Shown here piece by piece: positions 1 to 13,089 of a DNA stretch of 64,000 bases. The stretch is from Raillietiella orientalis. Taxonomy: Eukaryota. Position numbers and translations under genes: made by a program. How positions within the stretch are numbered: position 1 is the first letter of the stretch; each line of letters begins with the position of its first letter. Where the stretch lies: contig JAYWIR010000019.1 in NCBI GenBank assembly GCA_036172245.1, forward strand, positions 744,001 through 808,000. Direction: 5' to 3'. Below the pieces are notes generated by a model, which saw only the letters and a list, made by a program, of their open reading frames with translations, made no database searches and was not told the origin of the DNA.

Positions 1-689
1 TTAATTCAGGTGAATAAAAGGTGAATAGAAATGATTCTTTGAATTAATGTTTTCCCCACCCCCTTCCTTCAACAATATTTTGTGAAGTGCTGCAAAAGTA
101 CGAATGGTTATCATTCTGAAAATTTTTCAACAGTATTTGTTGCTCAAGAAGTTCATATTTATTCATAAAACTAGATGTCATTTATCAATTTAATTTATGT
201 AATGATAACTAATGATGTACTTATAATCTGATTTAGTAATGATAAATTATGTTTTCCAAAAGTATGACTGCGTTACCTATAATTTTTTTTTTTATTAAGA
301 AAAAGTGATCATTAATAAGCTATTTGATATATAGTAGATTAGTCCAGAATAATTTCATGAATGCATAATGCAGTGCTGAAGTGTTACTTAAAATCAATTA
401 TTGTGGATTGGTGTGAATTATGCATCCACAGATGTGCATCATATTGATTTTAAAATGTATTTTGCATTTTTTTAATTGTGAGCATATGAGTAAATAAATT
501 GTTGCTTTTTGTTGTACTTTGCAAAACATTATTTGTTGAACTAGAGTTGTTTAAAAGTGATAAATTATTTTTGTCATCACGTGTATTTTCGTGGACTCAT
601 CAAAAACAATTTGTTATTTGACCATTTAGTTGTATGCATGGCATTAACAGTCCTCAAAGTTTATTAGACAGTTGTTTTGTTTTTGTGAT

Positions 690-1310
690 CAATGGCTAAT
701 TTCCTAGCAGCATCACAGCACATATGTCCTTAAACCTATCCAGAATCTTGAACATTGAACCAAAGGAATTCCAAGTGTTGCATCAAACAATATCATCAAA
801 ACTGATATCTCATCAAAGAAAAATCCATAGTTGGAATGTTTAGAGAATTTGAAGCTGAGTTTGCCCATTGTGAATATCTGGTATACAATTTGTGAATCTC
901 AGGTTATAGCAAAGTGTTCAGTTGGTTTTCTGTTCAGTTCAGTGTTTTAATAATAGTTTTATCAAAAGATGACAGAAACCCATCTTCCTTGTCAGCCTGA
1001 TTTTCAAGCACCACTACCCTTGCAAGTGTAGTTTTTTGGCTTCTGACTAGGAAATCTGCAAATGCTGCATTCTAAAGCCAGTATTCTCCACATTTGTTTT
1101 GCTATTCAATGTACATTATAGTTATCACTTGTGAAGACCTCTACTGACATTTTGAGCATAACATAATTGTAGCTTCTAAATTTAGCTTTCAAATAGCTGT
1201 TTGCAATCCTTTGCTCAGATTGGTTTCTTTCCCTTTGCAATTACATTTTTACATGTATGTTTCGAACATGGTTAATTTCTAACTGTAATTCATTACTTCG
1301 TACAGTTGTG
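690..1310 (-). mobile_element. Possible highly decayed hAT-type transposase remnant
   Basis: Minus-strand translation near 710-810 gives DDIV*CNTWNSFGSMFKILDRFKDICAVML, resembling the hAT 'DVxTRWNSxxxMLxR' motif. Many stops. Confidence 0.3.
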
Positions 1311-1763
1311 TTTGTATTTTGATTTTTTGTTACTCTATACCAAAATTCATAGTTATATATTATTACTGTAAGCTTTGACATATCATATATTATTCCTGCT
1401 GGACTATTGTGTGATAGTGTGTGTGCTCCTTTATAATCACTGGAAATTTGGAAGAAAAAAAATACCTTCCAGTCTCACGAAATCAAATTTGAAAAGTGAA
1501 AACATTAAGGACCTCTTTGGTGTTTACTTACAGATAGTGCATTTGAGACTACAAAATATCTTTAGTTGTTTTCTGCAAGTTTACACCAAAATGTACATCA
1601 CTTCCATATGCATGGTATGTGAATATGTAACATACCTACTAAACAGATGCTTTTGTTCTGTTCATTTGGTTTTATTTTTTTACATTAGTAACATGGAGTG
1701 GAATTTTCGAAAACTATTTTTCTTAAATGAAATAATACCTTGTATTAATTATATCTCAAGAGT

Positions 1764-2677
1764 TTATCGTTTGATTATGCTATCAAATGCTTTTATCTGT
1801 TTAGCATTTCCCCAGAGGTCTAAAAAACTCTCTCTCTCGTGTTTGAGGGATTCTTCTACATTTTTCTCTTTTCCATTAATTATTATTCTCTTAATAGCCT
1901 GCACTAATTTAGCATCATCGGAAATGAGATTTGCTAGCCATTTTTTAGCCTCCTCTAAATGATTGTGTTCTTCAATGGTTGCAATTGAAAACTGAAGCTT
2001 TTCCGCTTTTATGTAATCTATAGGTTTACATGTGAGCATGAGATGAAGAGCTGTATTGTATCCAACAATTTGCATTAATCTTGTTGCACCTCCCCAACCA
2101 GTAACAAGACCTTTTTCTTTATGATTAAAGATGACTTCACCTTTTTTGGTAAAGATTCTGTAATCACACATTGTGGTTAGTTCTGCACCTCCCCCTAAGG
2201 CTTTGCCATTAATTAATGCAAGACTTATCATTGGAAGATGGCAAAAGCGTCTGGTCAAACAGTTCATAAAAAATGACACTACAGAACCACTATCTTTGCT
2301 TAACATTTTCTTCATCATTGTTAGATCTCCACCTGAACAAAATGATTTGCCTATACTATGAAGAATAATTCCTTTGCCTTCATCCCATGCCTCTAACTGT
2401 TCTATAATATCCATGAATTGCACCATCATGGAACCTGCAATATATTCATGTACGTAGTTTAGTCTATTATGTTACCTGAAATAGCATTTTGTTTTTCAGG
2501 ATAATTAACACACACATGGCCTATGCCAAGCTGTGCATCCTTTTCAAAAGTAATTGATCCACCTTGAAACTCTGACAAAATGGCTCTAAGTTTTTTCAAA
2601 TCTTGAATATTCGTATTCTGAATAAATCGAACTAATCTTTGTGTCATATAAGAATTCAGTCGATAACACAAATTCAT
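1764..2677 (-). CDS. ECHDC1: Ethylmalonyl-CoA decarboxylase / enoyl-CoA hydratase domain protein (crotonase family), 2 exons
   Basis: Crotonase motifs: INYPEKQNAISG-like segment (VNYPEKQNAISG), FCSGGDL, GKALGGGAELTTMCDYR, GLVTGWGGATRL, C-terminal LWG. A 41-nt GT-AG intron at 2435-2475 joins ORF 2459..2725 to ORF 1764..2429 in frame. Start could be 2677 or 2725. Confidence 0.85.
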
Positions 2678-4299
2678 AATTTGAAGAAATAATTTGTTTA
2701 TAATTGAAATATATGCTGAACTCATTGAAAAATGCTGAAAGTGAAAAATATGAGTCGAAGGAACAAAATATAAATACAGCCAAATGGTAGCTTACATTTA
2801 AAATAAATAAAATTATTGCTTTGGGGAAAAGTTATATCTCCATCGCCATTTTCCACATATACATTGATATTGGCTGTTTCATTTCATTTCCAGTACATTT
2901 GTTGTAAACTTTTCATCCCAAAAGCTTGGATCATACGATTTGCTTAAGTAAATACAATTATATTCGAGATCATGATCTTATGATTATGATCATTAGGAAG
3001 TGTTCCCTTTAAACAGGTCACACACATCACTTGATCATTTTGCACCATAATCCCATTGTAATATTGTGCCCTCCTACCAGCTTTCCAGATCGAGTTAAAA
3101 TAATTAATAAATAAACAAAACCAAGATTTAGGAAAAATGCAATTCAAGTATCTGATATATCTGAGCTACACTATAAAGATCAATTCAACAAACTTGTGGT
3201 GGAATATGACATACTGTGAATAACTTGGATAAATTTCATTATGCATTTCTATGGATAATGAAATTGACACAGCAGGAATGAAAGACCCTGCTCCAGATTA
3301 GCTAGCTATGCTACTTTCAAAGCAGTCAACATTCACTGTGATCGTTGCATTTTAATTACTAATGCCGAAAATGATTTACTATTTTTGTGATGGAAAGCAC
3401 TTCAGAACGTGAGAACTGTTAAAGGAATTACGAACCAGAAAACAAGTTCTGCATCTACAAGCAAATGACTCGGGGTTTTTGATAAATCCATACAGGAGCA
3501 ATTTTTTTTCCTGTGATATCAACCATATTTCTCAAACTGATATTGCCAACTTGTTTTTACCTGTTGGAACAGAAAATAAGCTAAATCACTTAGAGCTTAT
3601 AAAGCTATGGTGCAGTTTTATTTGGAAGATGATACCTTACCGTGCATTTGGGGTAACAGGTATGATTTTAAAAAATGCGGGAATTAAAAAACGGGAAGCG
3701 TCGGAAAAAGATATCAGTAAAGTTTTCAGTTTTGCATTCAACGTCACGGATCAGATGCAGGTATCAGATGAAATGTCTGATGATCTTTCCAACGACCACA
3801 ACTTTTTTGAAATGGACTACCATAGACTACCACAGAACTAGACAACCATACCGTAGAATTAAAACCATGTGAATTCACGACAACAAAAGCTTGAATATGT
3901 AGGAGCATGGAACAACTTACTATGCAACAACAGTGTTTGTTTCCCGAATCTGGCAACTCATGGAGGATTATGATTTGCGAGCAATTTGTTTCAGAACAGA
4001 AGGACCACTAGCAGCTTACAATGCAAATGTTCCCTCTTTTCTCAAAACAGGCAAATATGATAAGAAAATGTGCAGGGGGCACAATTGTCATCTCATTGAA
4101 ACAACTTTTGATAAACTTACCTTGCAAACTAATGAACAAAACAATTGAAGCCGATATGGGGAAAAAAAAAATTTTCAGAATTCTTTCTTTCCAGACTCTT
4201 TTTTTTTTAAAAAAAATAACAACAACCAAAACAATGAACACTGATTCTTCCAGAACATCAGATTTTCCCGAATGTAATGCTCATGTTTTTGTCGGACTA

Positions 4300-4560
4300 C
4301 TATTGCATAAATAAGCATACAAGTACAGAAAATTTTCATCATTTGAAATGTCTTGATAAGCTCGAATTATGGGTTCATTTCCCCATATGGATGTCAAAGT
4401 CAAGACACCACCGTAAGCCCAATTTGAAAGTGTCCACTTTAAGATAGCATTTGGGAATTGCATTTTTACGAGAACCAAAAATCCGCTGTTTCAATGGTTA
4501 AGAGTTAGTCATTCATACCAAGTTCATACGCTCCATCGAACGCTGAGGTCAAATATTAGT
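4300..4560 (-). mobile_element. Possible piggyBac-like transposase relic
   Basis: Minus-strand frame reads FKLGLRWCLDFDIHMGK (compare piggyBac KxGxK...YCLxFxIYxGK), preceded in another frame by YELG...LLTIE. Frameshifted, with stops. Confidence 0.25.
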
Positions 4561-5999
4561 ATACAGTCCAAATTGTTTTAGACAATCCATGCAAGATAGC
4601 GACGCTTATGATATCAGAAAAATGACACTGATAGACACTTTCATGTGGAGGACAGTTTTTCCTCCGTGACTCTGCAGACAATCATCTGAAGAATATTATT
4701 CTACCTCTCGTAAGCTCCTATACCGTCAAATAAGCTTAGATAAGATACGCTACGTTGCTAAAATAAGCAAGATTATCCTTTATAGAGATATTTGAAAGTG
4801 CAAATAACAAGAAACAACCTTGTGAAACGTTTTCATTTGCAAAAAGACCCACACGGCAACAAAAATAGCAAAAAAAGCAAAAGCAAGCATGGGTTTCAAC
4901 AAATATCCTTGGAATCACTATTTACTGAATCAGCTCTGAAAACTAAAGTGTGCAAGAAAACGGTCAAGAGAAAGGCCATATTTATGTAACCGCAAATGTT
5001 TTTTCCTGACTACCCATTATTAAGGACTTAGAAATCGCAAGCTGTGTATATTCGTTTCAAAGGCTGCAGGTCTTCACGGGAACTTACGGGAACTTAGAGA
5101 TCAGCGCTGATGTGATCAGCACTTTTCGTGCATCAGTGCGGATTCTGTTCTGGAAGTGTACGTGTCCGTGTGGGCAGCGTGCTGCAGGTCACCATTCCAC
5201 AATCAAGGGATCCCAATCTCTTAAAGTGACAATTTATTATAGTCAGTTTTTTTTTTTTTTTTTAAATCCAAAGGATTGCTGTACTCAAGTGTCCTCTACC
5301 CCAACCGGTACAACTATAAGGTTCGTTACCATGCTCCAGTTCCAGTGGAGAGAATGAGCTCAAAGTGGAAAAACAGATGGAAAAACGAATTTTTCTGTTG
5401 AAGAACGTTCATAAGGCATGCGCCGAAGCTATCACAAAAGGGAAGTAAATAAATTAGAGGCATGAAGATGTAAATCACGCATTAGTAATCGGTTGCTGCC
5501 CAATTTGATCCCAGTGTACCGATGCACTAAATCTGGTTATTCCCAATGCATTTTTCCCAGATACTCGAAATGTGATTATTTACTTCTAAACACAAGAAGT
5601 TCATCTTTTTTCCCGCCTGTAAAAAGAAATTTGAAGTAAAAAGTGATTTAAATTTCTTGTACGTGTTTATGGCATTAACCATTCTTCTCTGCAATGGACA
5701 CACGAATAAAAAGTCCTCAAAAGAATAAGAATAAAAAGAATAGAAAAAGCCCTCAAAAATAAAAAGAATCAAAACGATATGAAGAGTTCATTTTCACTAA
5801 TTAGCTGTTTACCATTTTCAATGCTAAGTCACGCATTCCAGTGAGATTCCTGGACTTGTTTCTCCTATTCAAGCTTATTTCTGCTAGTACAGGACCTGAA
5901 TCGTCGGTGCGGGACCAGTCGTGCTCTACCAGTCCACCGCGAATTTTGCGCTGAGCAGTGCTGATTTTTTAAGCACAGTTCTGTGCCAATGTGTGATTC

Positions 6000-7800
6000 G
6001 AGAAGGAGCCCACATTGTGAAAGCACATGCTTTTAGAAAAGGACATGCGTTTCCATAGGAGCATAGACTTTCTAAAATTCAGGTAATAGAAGTGGAAGAA
6101 TTCTGTCGTTATGTGAGCCGTCAGCTTGCAAATCCATTAACTGATTCTGGAAGTCGGATGGAAGAACCACCTCTGACCGTACTGGGAATGGAGTAGAAAA
6201 TACTTTTATCTTACTTTCTTTGCACAAGGTAGCCTTGCCGTCCAATTCTTTGAGCTTTCGATATGCCTTCCCTTATTTCAGACGTTACTTTGCGGTGTGA
6301 AGACGTATCGATTCGTTGTTAGGAAACCAATGTCTCAGTTTAAGTTCTGTGTACGCCGGTATACTGCAACGGAGTACGCTGATTAGCCACACGAGAAGTT
6401 TGATAAAAAACTTCAGTTCTGATAAGTGTGCAGTGACACTGACGAGGAAAGATAGATCGAAAAGTCAACCTTCCTTTTCAGTTCCAAGAACCCACTTTCA
6501 ATTCGATAAATACTACTTTCCATCTCCTCTCCGAGAAACACTCGCAGTTCTTCCTTGAGTGAACCACCTAATACCTAACATACGGAAGATTCTGCCTCTT
6601 AATCACACGAGCATTGCCTGAATTGGCTACAGTTAGAACAATCCTTAATGACATTTGCACATTTAGCTCCTGGAGACTGTGTTGAGTTGGTGATTATGCA
6701 CAGGGCAGAAGGATGTTCCTGATGTACGATACCGTAGCAGAACACGAGACCTTCCCAAAATTCGGTCACTAAAATTCAATTTCCCTTTCAGCAACCTTAC
6801 TAGAGACCATCGTTTTCCTCCGGCTGTCAACGGAGATCCACCTGCAACCACGACCACAGGTTTTACGGGTGGCAATTTCAATTATTTTATTTAATGGTTT
6901 CATATATCCCCCGATGGTTCTTATCCCAGGCTTGAATTGGAAGCAATTGAAACGAAACCTCAAACACGTTCATTCCTTTGTCCACTCCTCTAAAATCATT
7001 GACAAGTGAGCGGCATTTGGTAGGTGCAAAACAGAAAAAAGCGGAACTTTGGCACTTCTCGAATGTACAATCGTCCGTCATTATCTTGTGAAAACCATCT
7101 TCTGGAGTACAGTTTTGCAGAAGATAACTTCCTCGGACAGATCAACATTGCCCGAACTTAAGGTGCTAGCAGCTGTTACAAGGTTTCTTTGGCAAACTCG
7201 CTTTCCGAGTATGGCTCATGGTGCTTGTTGAATTCCTCTCTCTCGGCTTCTTTCATCTCACTAGTTACGCAGCTTGCATGCACCGAATCGTGGTTTTTTG
7301 AAACGAGACTCTGTCAGGAACTGCGGGAATACGAAATAGCAGTCCTAAAGTTTCTATCAAATCACACGCTTTCACCCATCCCGAGCTCCAGCAGGAAGAT
7401 TTCTCCACTCTTCGCGTCATATGGTAAAGTGTCTCCCACTCTTTCGGTGCTGCAAAACATTCAAGACGAGAAAAATCCTCTAGTCCAAACAGGATGGAAC
7501 AGCCCGTGGCTATCACAGAAATGCCTTCCAATTACTAACGTCTGACGCTGGGGGACTGCATGAATTGCGTAGATTTGCATTACATGACGTCAGAGATCCC
7601 TAATGGAAAAAGCTCACTAAACAGTGTCATTTTACTTTCGTGTTCACGCTTAAGAAGTTCCCTCCAAAACTGCATCCTGTGCAATGCAGGCGGAGTCGCC
7701 CCTTTTGGAATAACGGAAGGCAATTCACTGTTCACTTGAAAACGTGAGGTGCTGGAAACGGTTGCCATTCAGCGGGTTTTCCCTCTGGATCCGGCGTTTT
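6000..7800 (-). mobile_element. Decayed BEL/Pao LTR retrotransposon (gag and protease region)
   Basis: Motifs in the expected order on the minus strand: SDVSNWKAF (gag 'DxxxWxxF', ~7520-7547), Cys-rich knuckle remnants FFCFAPTKC and RFNCFQFKPG (~6925-7040), protease-like RVLLRYRTSGTSF (compare RALLDSGSQxSF, ~6710-6750). Many frameshifts. Confidence 0.55.
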
Positions 7801-8522
7801 CGGGAAACTCACTTGGATGCCGAAAATATTTTATCCCGCCGAGCGGGAATTCGTTCGTCAATTCGTTTTAAAATCTCTGGCCCCCAATTTTTTCTTGGGT
7901 TTTTTATGGATGCAAAAGAAATTTTCAATCATGAATGCTGTACGAATGTTTTATTCACCCCTGTTTTAATCTTGGCGGATGTTAAGACACAACAAACGAC
8001 CCAGCTCTGCCTCCACACCCACCAAATCCACCTTCTCCCTCCGAAGTCCCTAGTTGCCAACCCTTATCCAATTCTCCCAAGTTGGTACGAATCTACGAAC
8101 CGTTTGGAGCCATTTGAATTGATGAGGTCCATCCCACTGCGATAATAGAAGGCTTCGCTATCCCCACCAAGCTGTGAACGTCTCAAAAAGTGAAAACCAT
8201 GTACGGTACTGCCTGCTTTGCACCTGGTTGAACATCAGCTGTTCGGCGTACGCTTGAAACCTTTGTAATTGTTTTCTCTTTCAATTTGCCTTATGTAACA
8301 TATCATTTCATACATTGTATCTCTAAAAACCCTAAGTATAGAGAACCATGTACCTCATTGATGTAATAAAAAAATGACATAAAAAATAATAATAATAATA
8401 CTATCGCATTGTTGACAAAGATTGTCGAGGAAAACGACTCCCTTTATTATTAAAATGTTTGGATATTTACATTGTGAATTCTGTAGTGCGGCGGCAACTC
8501 AATTGAGTATTTTCATTATAGT

Positions 8523-11500
8523 TTACAGACTCGCGTCGGAGGCCCTGTTGATGCAGAGGTCTCCGCTCAGGACACCACCAAGCGTCGCGGGTTCGAATAC
8601 TCCGGAAAGAATCGACGCAGCGCGTCGCGGGTTGGAGTTCCTCCCGCGAGATGACGCTGGCTGGCCTCTACTCATCTGGGTACGGCGCCACCGGTAGCTG
8701 CTGAGGCCGGATGCCCCCAATGAGGGTGCGGACAATGGGAGTCGACCTTCGGGTCCTTCCAGGAATCAAGGATTGAGGAGTTCTCCCTGCGGTTGGGCGA
8801 AAGGAGCGGACACCCTATTCCTCTGTTTCGTACTGATGGAATAGGTGGGTCGCCACCTTTCCAGAGAATGCAAAGAAGCGAGCCGATCCCTTCAGGGAAG
8901 CAGCGCCCTCCTGAATTTGGGAAGCGTCCCTTCGGGGTTCTCTTCAGAGGAGAAAACAAGGAGAGGTTCCCTTGTGGGTTCCCTTCGAAGCAGAAAAATG
9001 CAGCGGAGAGAATAAAGGAAGGAGATTCCCTTCGGAGACAACCAGGCTGGAAGGTTCCCTTCCGGGATCCCCCTCCCCAGGAGTGAGACTTAGTCCGACT
9101 GGCGGTGGGGCGCATTGATTATACAATCATAACAATGCAGACCAATAGAGACATGCAATCAAACAATTTAACACTTTAGCGACCGGTGAGTCTCTTGCAA
9201 GTTCACTGAGGCCCACGCAGGTGGCACCGTCCTGGCCACGTATTTCACGATCCTCTTAAGCAGTACAGGAGAGTCCAAGATGGTACTCTCCTGCACGCAC
9301 GCATATTGATCTCCCTCTTCAGGAGTCCTTGGAGGGTGTCCCTGGCGTTGCTCGGGTGTCCCCCCTCGTCAGCTCCATCCTCCTGATGAGGACGCTCCTC
9401 CGGAAGAACGCGACCATCACCCGCACGGTGGGGCATACCATCTTCTCCCTCAAAACAGTCCTTGCAGGATCTCCAGTCTGGGCATATCGTCCATTCCGGT
9501 CGCTTGTCTCACCATCCTCCAATCTTGGACAAGGGTGCGGCAGGTATAGATGTGGAGGTCGTCTTCAGTTGACCCACACTCTGGGAGCTGGTCGTCGTCG
9601 GGGATCCCGATCCCAGTGTTGGAGCCTCGTTCCGCACAAGATTCCTCCGTCATAGAACATCAGGAGGCAATCCCGAAAGTCCGGCAACAAGGAGGGATTC
9701 CACAGGAGCGTCCCGATGGCCTGTTGGTCGAGAGGAGCTATCTCCCAGTATGCTCCTCATCTTTCTCGCGGTTTCTGATAGGGTGAACCTCTTTTAGCAT
9801 CTTTAAGTTCCTGGTTTGAGGGTTCTCCCTGGGCGAACACGGGCCTTGAACTCGCCAAAGTTCTCGAGTCTTGTGTGTTATCCTGCCTTGAATTTTCTGT
9901 ATGGAGGCGAGGACTCTCGTCGCGCGTGAATGGCTTCGCTGTTCGACAGTTGCTTGCAATCCTGGAACGTCATTTCCTTCGACTTTTGTGGATCCATGCT
10001 TCCATGCTTCAAGGAACGCTGCTGAACAGCGGGACCACCTCGGTGAGTTCCTTGTCCCAGAGCTTCTTGCTTCTGGGAACGATCTACAAGTGCAAGGTCC
10101 TCGGGAGGCGCTGGATCCTAGGTCATGCCGGGTTCAAATTAGTCCAAGTCGCCCGCTGGGAGAGCCATGGCGGATATGAGACCGTCGGTTCCGGTGTGCC
10201 AGTCTTGCGCAGGTGGAAGGCGAAGTTTTCAACTAGCAAGAATTACGCCTCGGTTTCCCTCTTCGTCTATAATATTGCCCGTGCGCATAGCCGACCTGAC
10301 CAAGAACGACCTGTCGTCCCATGCTCTGATGATTCGGACCAAATATTTGAGGTCCCAGAGCGTCACGACAGTGGCGATGCCGCGCAAGCCGGTTCCTCCA
10401 TCCATCCGTGGGCGACACAGGTACTCCACTTCCAAGTATTGCCTTTCGGAATCCTGGACCTCTCCTCTGTAACGGAGACACGATTCTGAGCGGTGGACGA
10501 AATCAAGTACCACGTAATCCACATCAGCTACGCCTCGGCTTTGCAACACGTGTGGAAAGAAATCCTGGGGAAAACGAAGAGGCTGCAAAATACTCCCGAC
10601 TCAACTTTAGCCTGAAGCAGAGGGCAAACTTGCGGTGGATTTCTGGACATCGATCTTCAAGCCCAGGCCTCTCTCCGTGGACTCGACACCGAAGAAAGCA
10701 TGCTGAGTCCTTTCGTCCTTCAGGAAGAAGAGCAGATCGTCCGCATACGCCAGGTGAGTCTGTAGTCAAGTCGTATTCCTTGCAGACGGCCGCCACAGTG
10801 GAACAGTGACGAAACCGCCTTCATGTACACCACGAACAGCATAGGACTAAGGGCGTCTCCTTGGCGGATTCCCCTCTCCATCCGGATGACTGCCGTATCT
10901 TGCCCGTTGATGGTTATCTTGCAGTACGGTCCTTCGAAATTCTTCTTCACGTAGTCGCTGAAGTATTCCTGATAGTCCAGTTTCCTGAAAATCTTCAGCA
11001 GCATCGTGGTCCACGGTATCGAGCACCTTCTCCAGAACCAGGTTGTCGACGATGTAGCGACTGTAACCTATGGTGGCCTGAGCACACTTCACTTGAGCAA
11101 AATACGTGTGTGGTGTGCTTCAACTTGTTCCAGTCGTCTGCCATGCGGCTGGTGGTGTCCCGCAGGATCGTTTCCATCAGCTGCTGGTGACAAGGAAGAG
11201 TTTCGAACCAGGAGGGCATGTAGATGAGAGCTGCCCTCGTGCCTACTTGCTTCCGGGGGTTCTCGGTTCTCAGCGTGAACCGCAGCAGCGGAAGGTCCGA
11301 GAGCAGAGTCTACGGGTCTCGGAATCCCTCTACAAATACAGAAAAAAATTGAGGGGTTCGGGAAGGGATCACGGATTGCTGGGAGGCGTCCTTTGCGTCC
11401 TTACCAGGATGCGGGCAAGTTCCTGTTCCAGGATTCCTAGATTTTGAGGTCTTCCTCATGAAGAGGACCTCAAAGTAAGTGGCGTCCCTTTCGTCTAGGC

Positions 11501-13085
11501 TTCTCTGGCGTAGCTCAATGTAGCCACGAGCTTGCAAGCGTGGCGGCGTCCGTGAGCTGGCCGGTGGTCCAACCAACTAGTTGCCTCGGTCTTTCGCCGA
11601 TCTCACATCTGACCATCCATTGGGGCTGCTGACTACTGCCCAGATGCTTCCTGAAGAAGAGCAGTTCCACGGCTAGGGAGGAGTTTTTTTCCCCGCGCAC
11701 GCGTGGTGGTCACGCCGGGGCGTGTACTATGAAAAATGAACATATACGTCTGTGGCAGAAGATTTGATCCTGCTATGTTACTTATGAATATGAAAAGGAA
11801 ACCTGCCGGGATCTGGCTCGCAGGTCAGTAGGGTCTGCCTCGGCAGCACAGGGGAAGAGGATACAAACAAAAAGAAAAATAAAAGGGAAAATACAAAAAG
11901 AAAAGGGGGGAGGTTGGGGAAGGGATCATTGCGTGCTGGAGGGTGTCCTCTGCATCCTTGTAAGGATGCCGGTAAGTTACTGCCGACGCACGTGTGGTGA
12001 GCGAAGGCACCATCGTGGTGCACCTTCTCGAGCATGCACACGACTTTGCCGCAATGCTCGAAGTAGAGCCAGACGATGACGCTTTCCGTCTTGGCCACCA
12101 GGCCTGACAAGTGCACTGTTGTCGCGGAGTGCTCCGAGATTTTGCGGAAGATCTTCCCATCAAGGACCAGCCCGTTATTGACGAGGTCATCGATCGCCTC
12201 CATGTTGTCCGTGTAAACGCAGAATCCCCCGACAAGCCTCATGGCTGCCTTGACGTCTTTGAAGTCGATCTTGTCGTGGTGGAGCGCGATATAAATGTTG
12301 CGCATCCTACCGTTAGTTAACCACTCCATGGGGATGGTCATGATGACCGCCTCCAGGCCGAAATCCCTCAGGGGTCCTGAACCCTTCTTAATTTCTCTCC
12401 TGGCTGTAACACCACTCCCCGTAGTTGCCACGGGTGTTCCGGACGGTACGGATGCGGTCGCGCTTGCGTACGACAGCGCTGAGGGTGCCTTATGTGCTGC
12501 AGATTGGTGGAAGACCAAAGCAACTAGGTAGTTGGACCACGGTCCAGCTTGCGATGCCGCCACCCCGAATGCCCCACCGACGGGACAAACAAAAAGACAA
12601 AAAAAGGTGCAGGAGTTGTTTTTTGGGGGTAGGGGGGGCGAAGAAGGGATCATTGCTAGCTAGGAGACGTCCTCTGCATCCTGGACAGGATGCAGACAAG
12701 TTCTGTTTTCGGCTTACAGTTGGGGCCATCGGGAAGAGGTCTTCAAGATTTCCGCCCAGTGGACGGCATCCCTGCTATTGTGACCTCTTCTTTCCGTGTT
12801 TCACTTTGCCGCGATTTCGCGTACACAGTAGTGATCTTCTAGAGATGCGGCAGGGGGCAGGGCGTCACGCGTGAAGAGGGCTAGAAAAAGTTTTTGGGCT
12901 TGTCCACCGGGATTTTGAGGATCAACGAGAGTCGATCCCAAAGGGCATGGAGGTCGACACAGTCTATAATTAGGTGCAGGAAGGTTTCCCTTTCGTCTCA
13001 CTCTGCACAATGGACATCCACACACCAAAGTGTCCAGTTTGGTCGTAGTGGGGCCTCGTACCACAAATGTTCAGTAGTTTTTCAA
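8523..13085 (-). mobile_element. Nest of Tx1/L1-type non-LTR retrotransposon fragments (ORF1 and several ORF2 pieces)
   Basis: GC-rich block. RT motifs LEKVLDTVDH (~11006-11035), RGIRQGDALSPMLF (~10835-10880), LAYADD (~10735-10752). Thumb-like ILWKG...GIGCP (~8810-8875). C-terminal CxxC..H..C fingers at ~9545-9590 and ~12960-13015 (CPLC...ETFLHLIIDC). ORF1-like region 12000-12500 (VHLSGL...YFEHCGKVV). All frameshifted. Confidence 0.8.
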
Positions 13086-13089
13086 TAAA

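Noticed and set aside
1375..1962. 195-aa plus-strand ORF
   Set aside because: Antisense to the ECHDC1 3' end and UTR, non-ATG start, AT-rich composition with no motif.
8580..8650. GGTTCGAAT T-loop-like motif and repeated gcgtcgcgggtt
   Set aside because: Lies in the LINE-derived block; no tRNA structure.
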